DNA of 36,990 nt, from contig JAJDHD010000024.1 of assembly GCA_030266015.1 (NCBI GenBank), positions 1-36,990 on the forward strand. Reading direction: 5' to 3'. The notes beneath the pieces are model-generated. The model was not told the origin of the DNA. It made no database searches and saw only the letters and a program-made list of their open reading frames with translations. Made by a program: the position numbers and the translations under genes. This document shows, one piece after another, positions 36,740-36,990 of this stretch (position 1 is its first letter; each line of letters starts with the position of its first letter). This DNA is from Christensenellaceae bacterium OttesenSCG-928-K19. GTDB taxonomy: Bacteria; Bacillota; Clostridia; Christensenellales; Christensenellaceae.

Positions 36740-36820
36740 TTTGCCGCAAAAAGGCAGTCACACCTTTAACTGCGGCAAGCCCCACAAGCAACCGAGTTCT
36801 ACATATCATTTTACGGTACT

Positions 36821-36829
36821 ATTATATCA
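36821..36829 (-). promoter_or_regulatory. Candidate extended -10 promoter (TGaTATAAT) for the kinase-Hpt unit. No good -35.
   Basis: Read directly on the minus strand, about 80-100 nt upstream of the kinase start. Confidence 0.3.
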
Positions 36830-36990
36830 TAGTTTTTTCCCCGCGGCGCGCGAGGGTACTGAAATTTTCTGTACCGCTTTACAAACCATTTTTCCTTACC
36901 CCCTAATCAAAACAGATATGCTTTGCAGCAAGCTGGCTTATGCTCATGCAGACACCGCTGTATGAATTTTTATTGACCAATTTGCTGTAA

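Noticed and set aside
1-36990. CRISPR arrays, IS elements, toxin-antitoxin pairs
   Set aside because: No regularly spaced direct repeats, no transposase or integrase-like ORFs, and no small overlapping two-gene cassettes with TA-like features were found on either strand.

Overview
This 36,990-bp window at roughly 50% GC looks like a contiguous chromosomal segment of a Gram-positive anaerobe, probably a Clostridia/Oscillospiraceae-type Firmicute judging by gene content and order. About 30 genes are present and almost all are on the minus strand. In window order they are: a truncated mltG abutting a truncated U32 peptidase start (a probable rearrangement junction at about 120-150), a YheA/YlbF-family gene, RNase J with an unusual Q/N/K-rich N-terminus, hslU, hslV, trmFO, topA with a Lys/Ala-rich N-terminal tail, dprA, a small Zn-ribbon ORF, tRNA-Thr(CGT) with its own promoter and terminator, a small membrane protein and lgt on the plus strand, a five-gene translationally coupled operon (SAM methyltransferase, Hsp33, TPR protein, HD hydrolase, THUMP methyltransferase), a large LRR/List-Bact-repeat surface protein, a standalone ASKHA (DUF4445) protein, an MFS-CDF transporter pair, a DUF1002 secreted protein, a small coiled-coil protein, archaeal-type phosphoglycerate mutase, an aldo/keto reductase fused to a 4Fe-4S domain, a SIMPL lipoprotein, an orphan ECF sigma factor, a DUF1836-NfeD-flotillin operon, and a complete multistep phosphorelay (hybrid sensor kinase, Hpt, response regulator with an HD-GYP output). 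No CRISPR array, transposase, integrase or prophage genes were seen. Two parts seem most worth follow-up. The first is the kinase-Hpt-HD-GYP module sitting directly upstream of the flotillin operon. The second is the mltG/U32 junction at the 5' end of the window. Several rho-independent terminators and near-consensus sigma-A promoters can be read directly from the sequence. All domain assignments come from motif recognition by eye, not from database searches.
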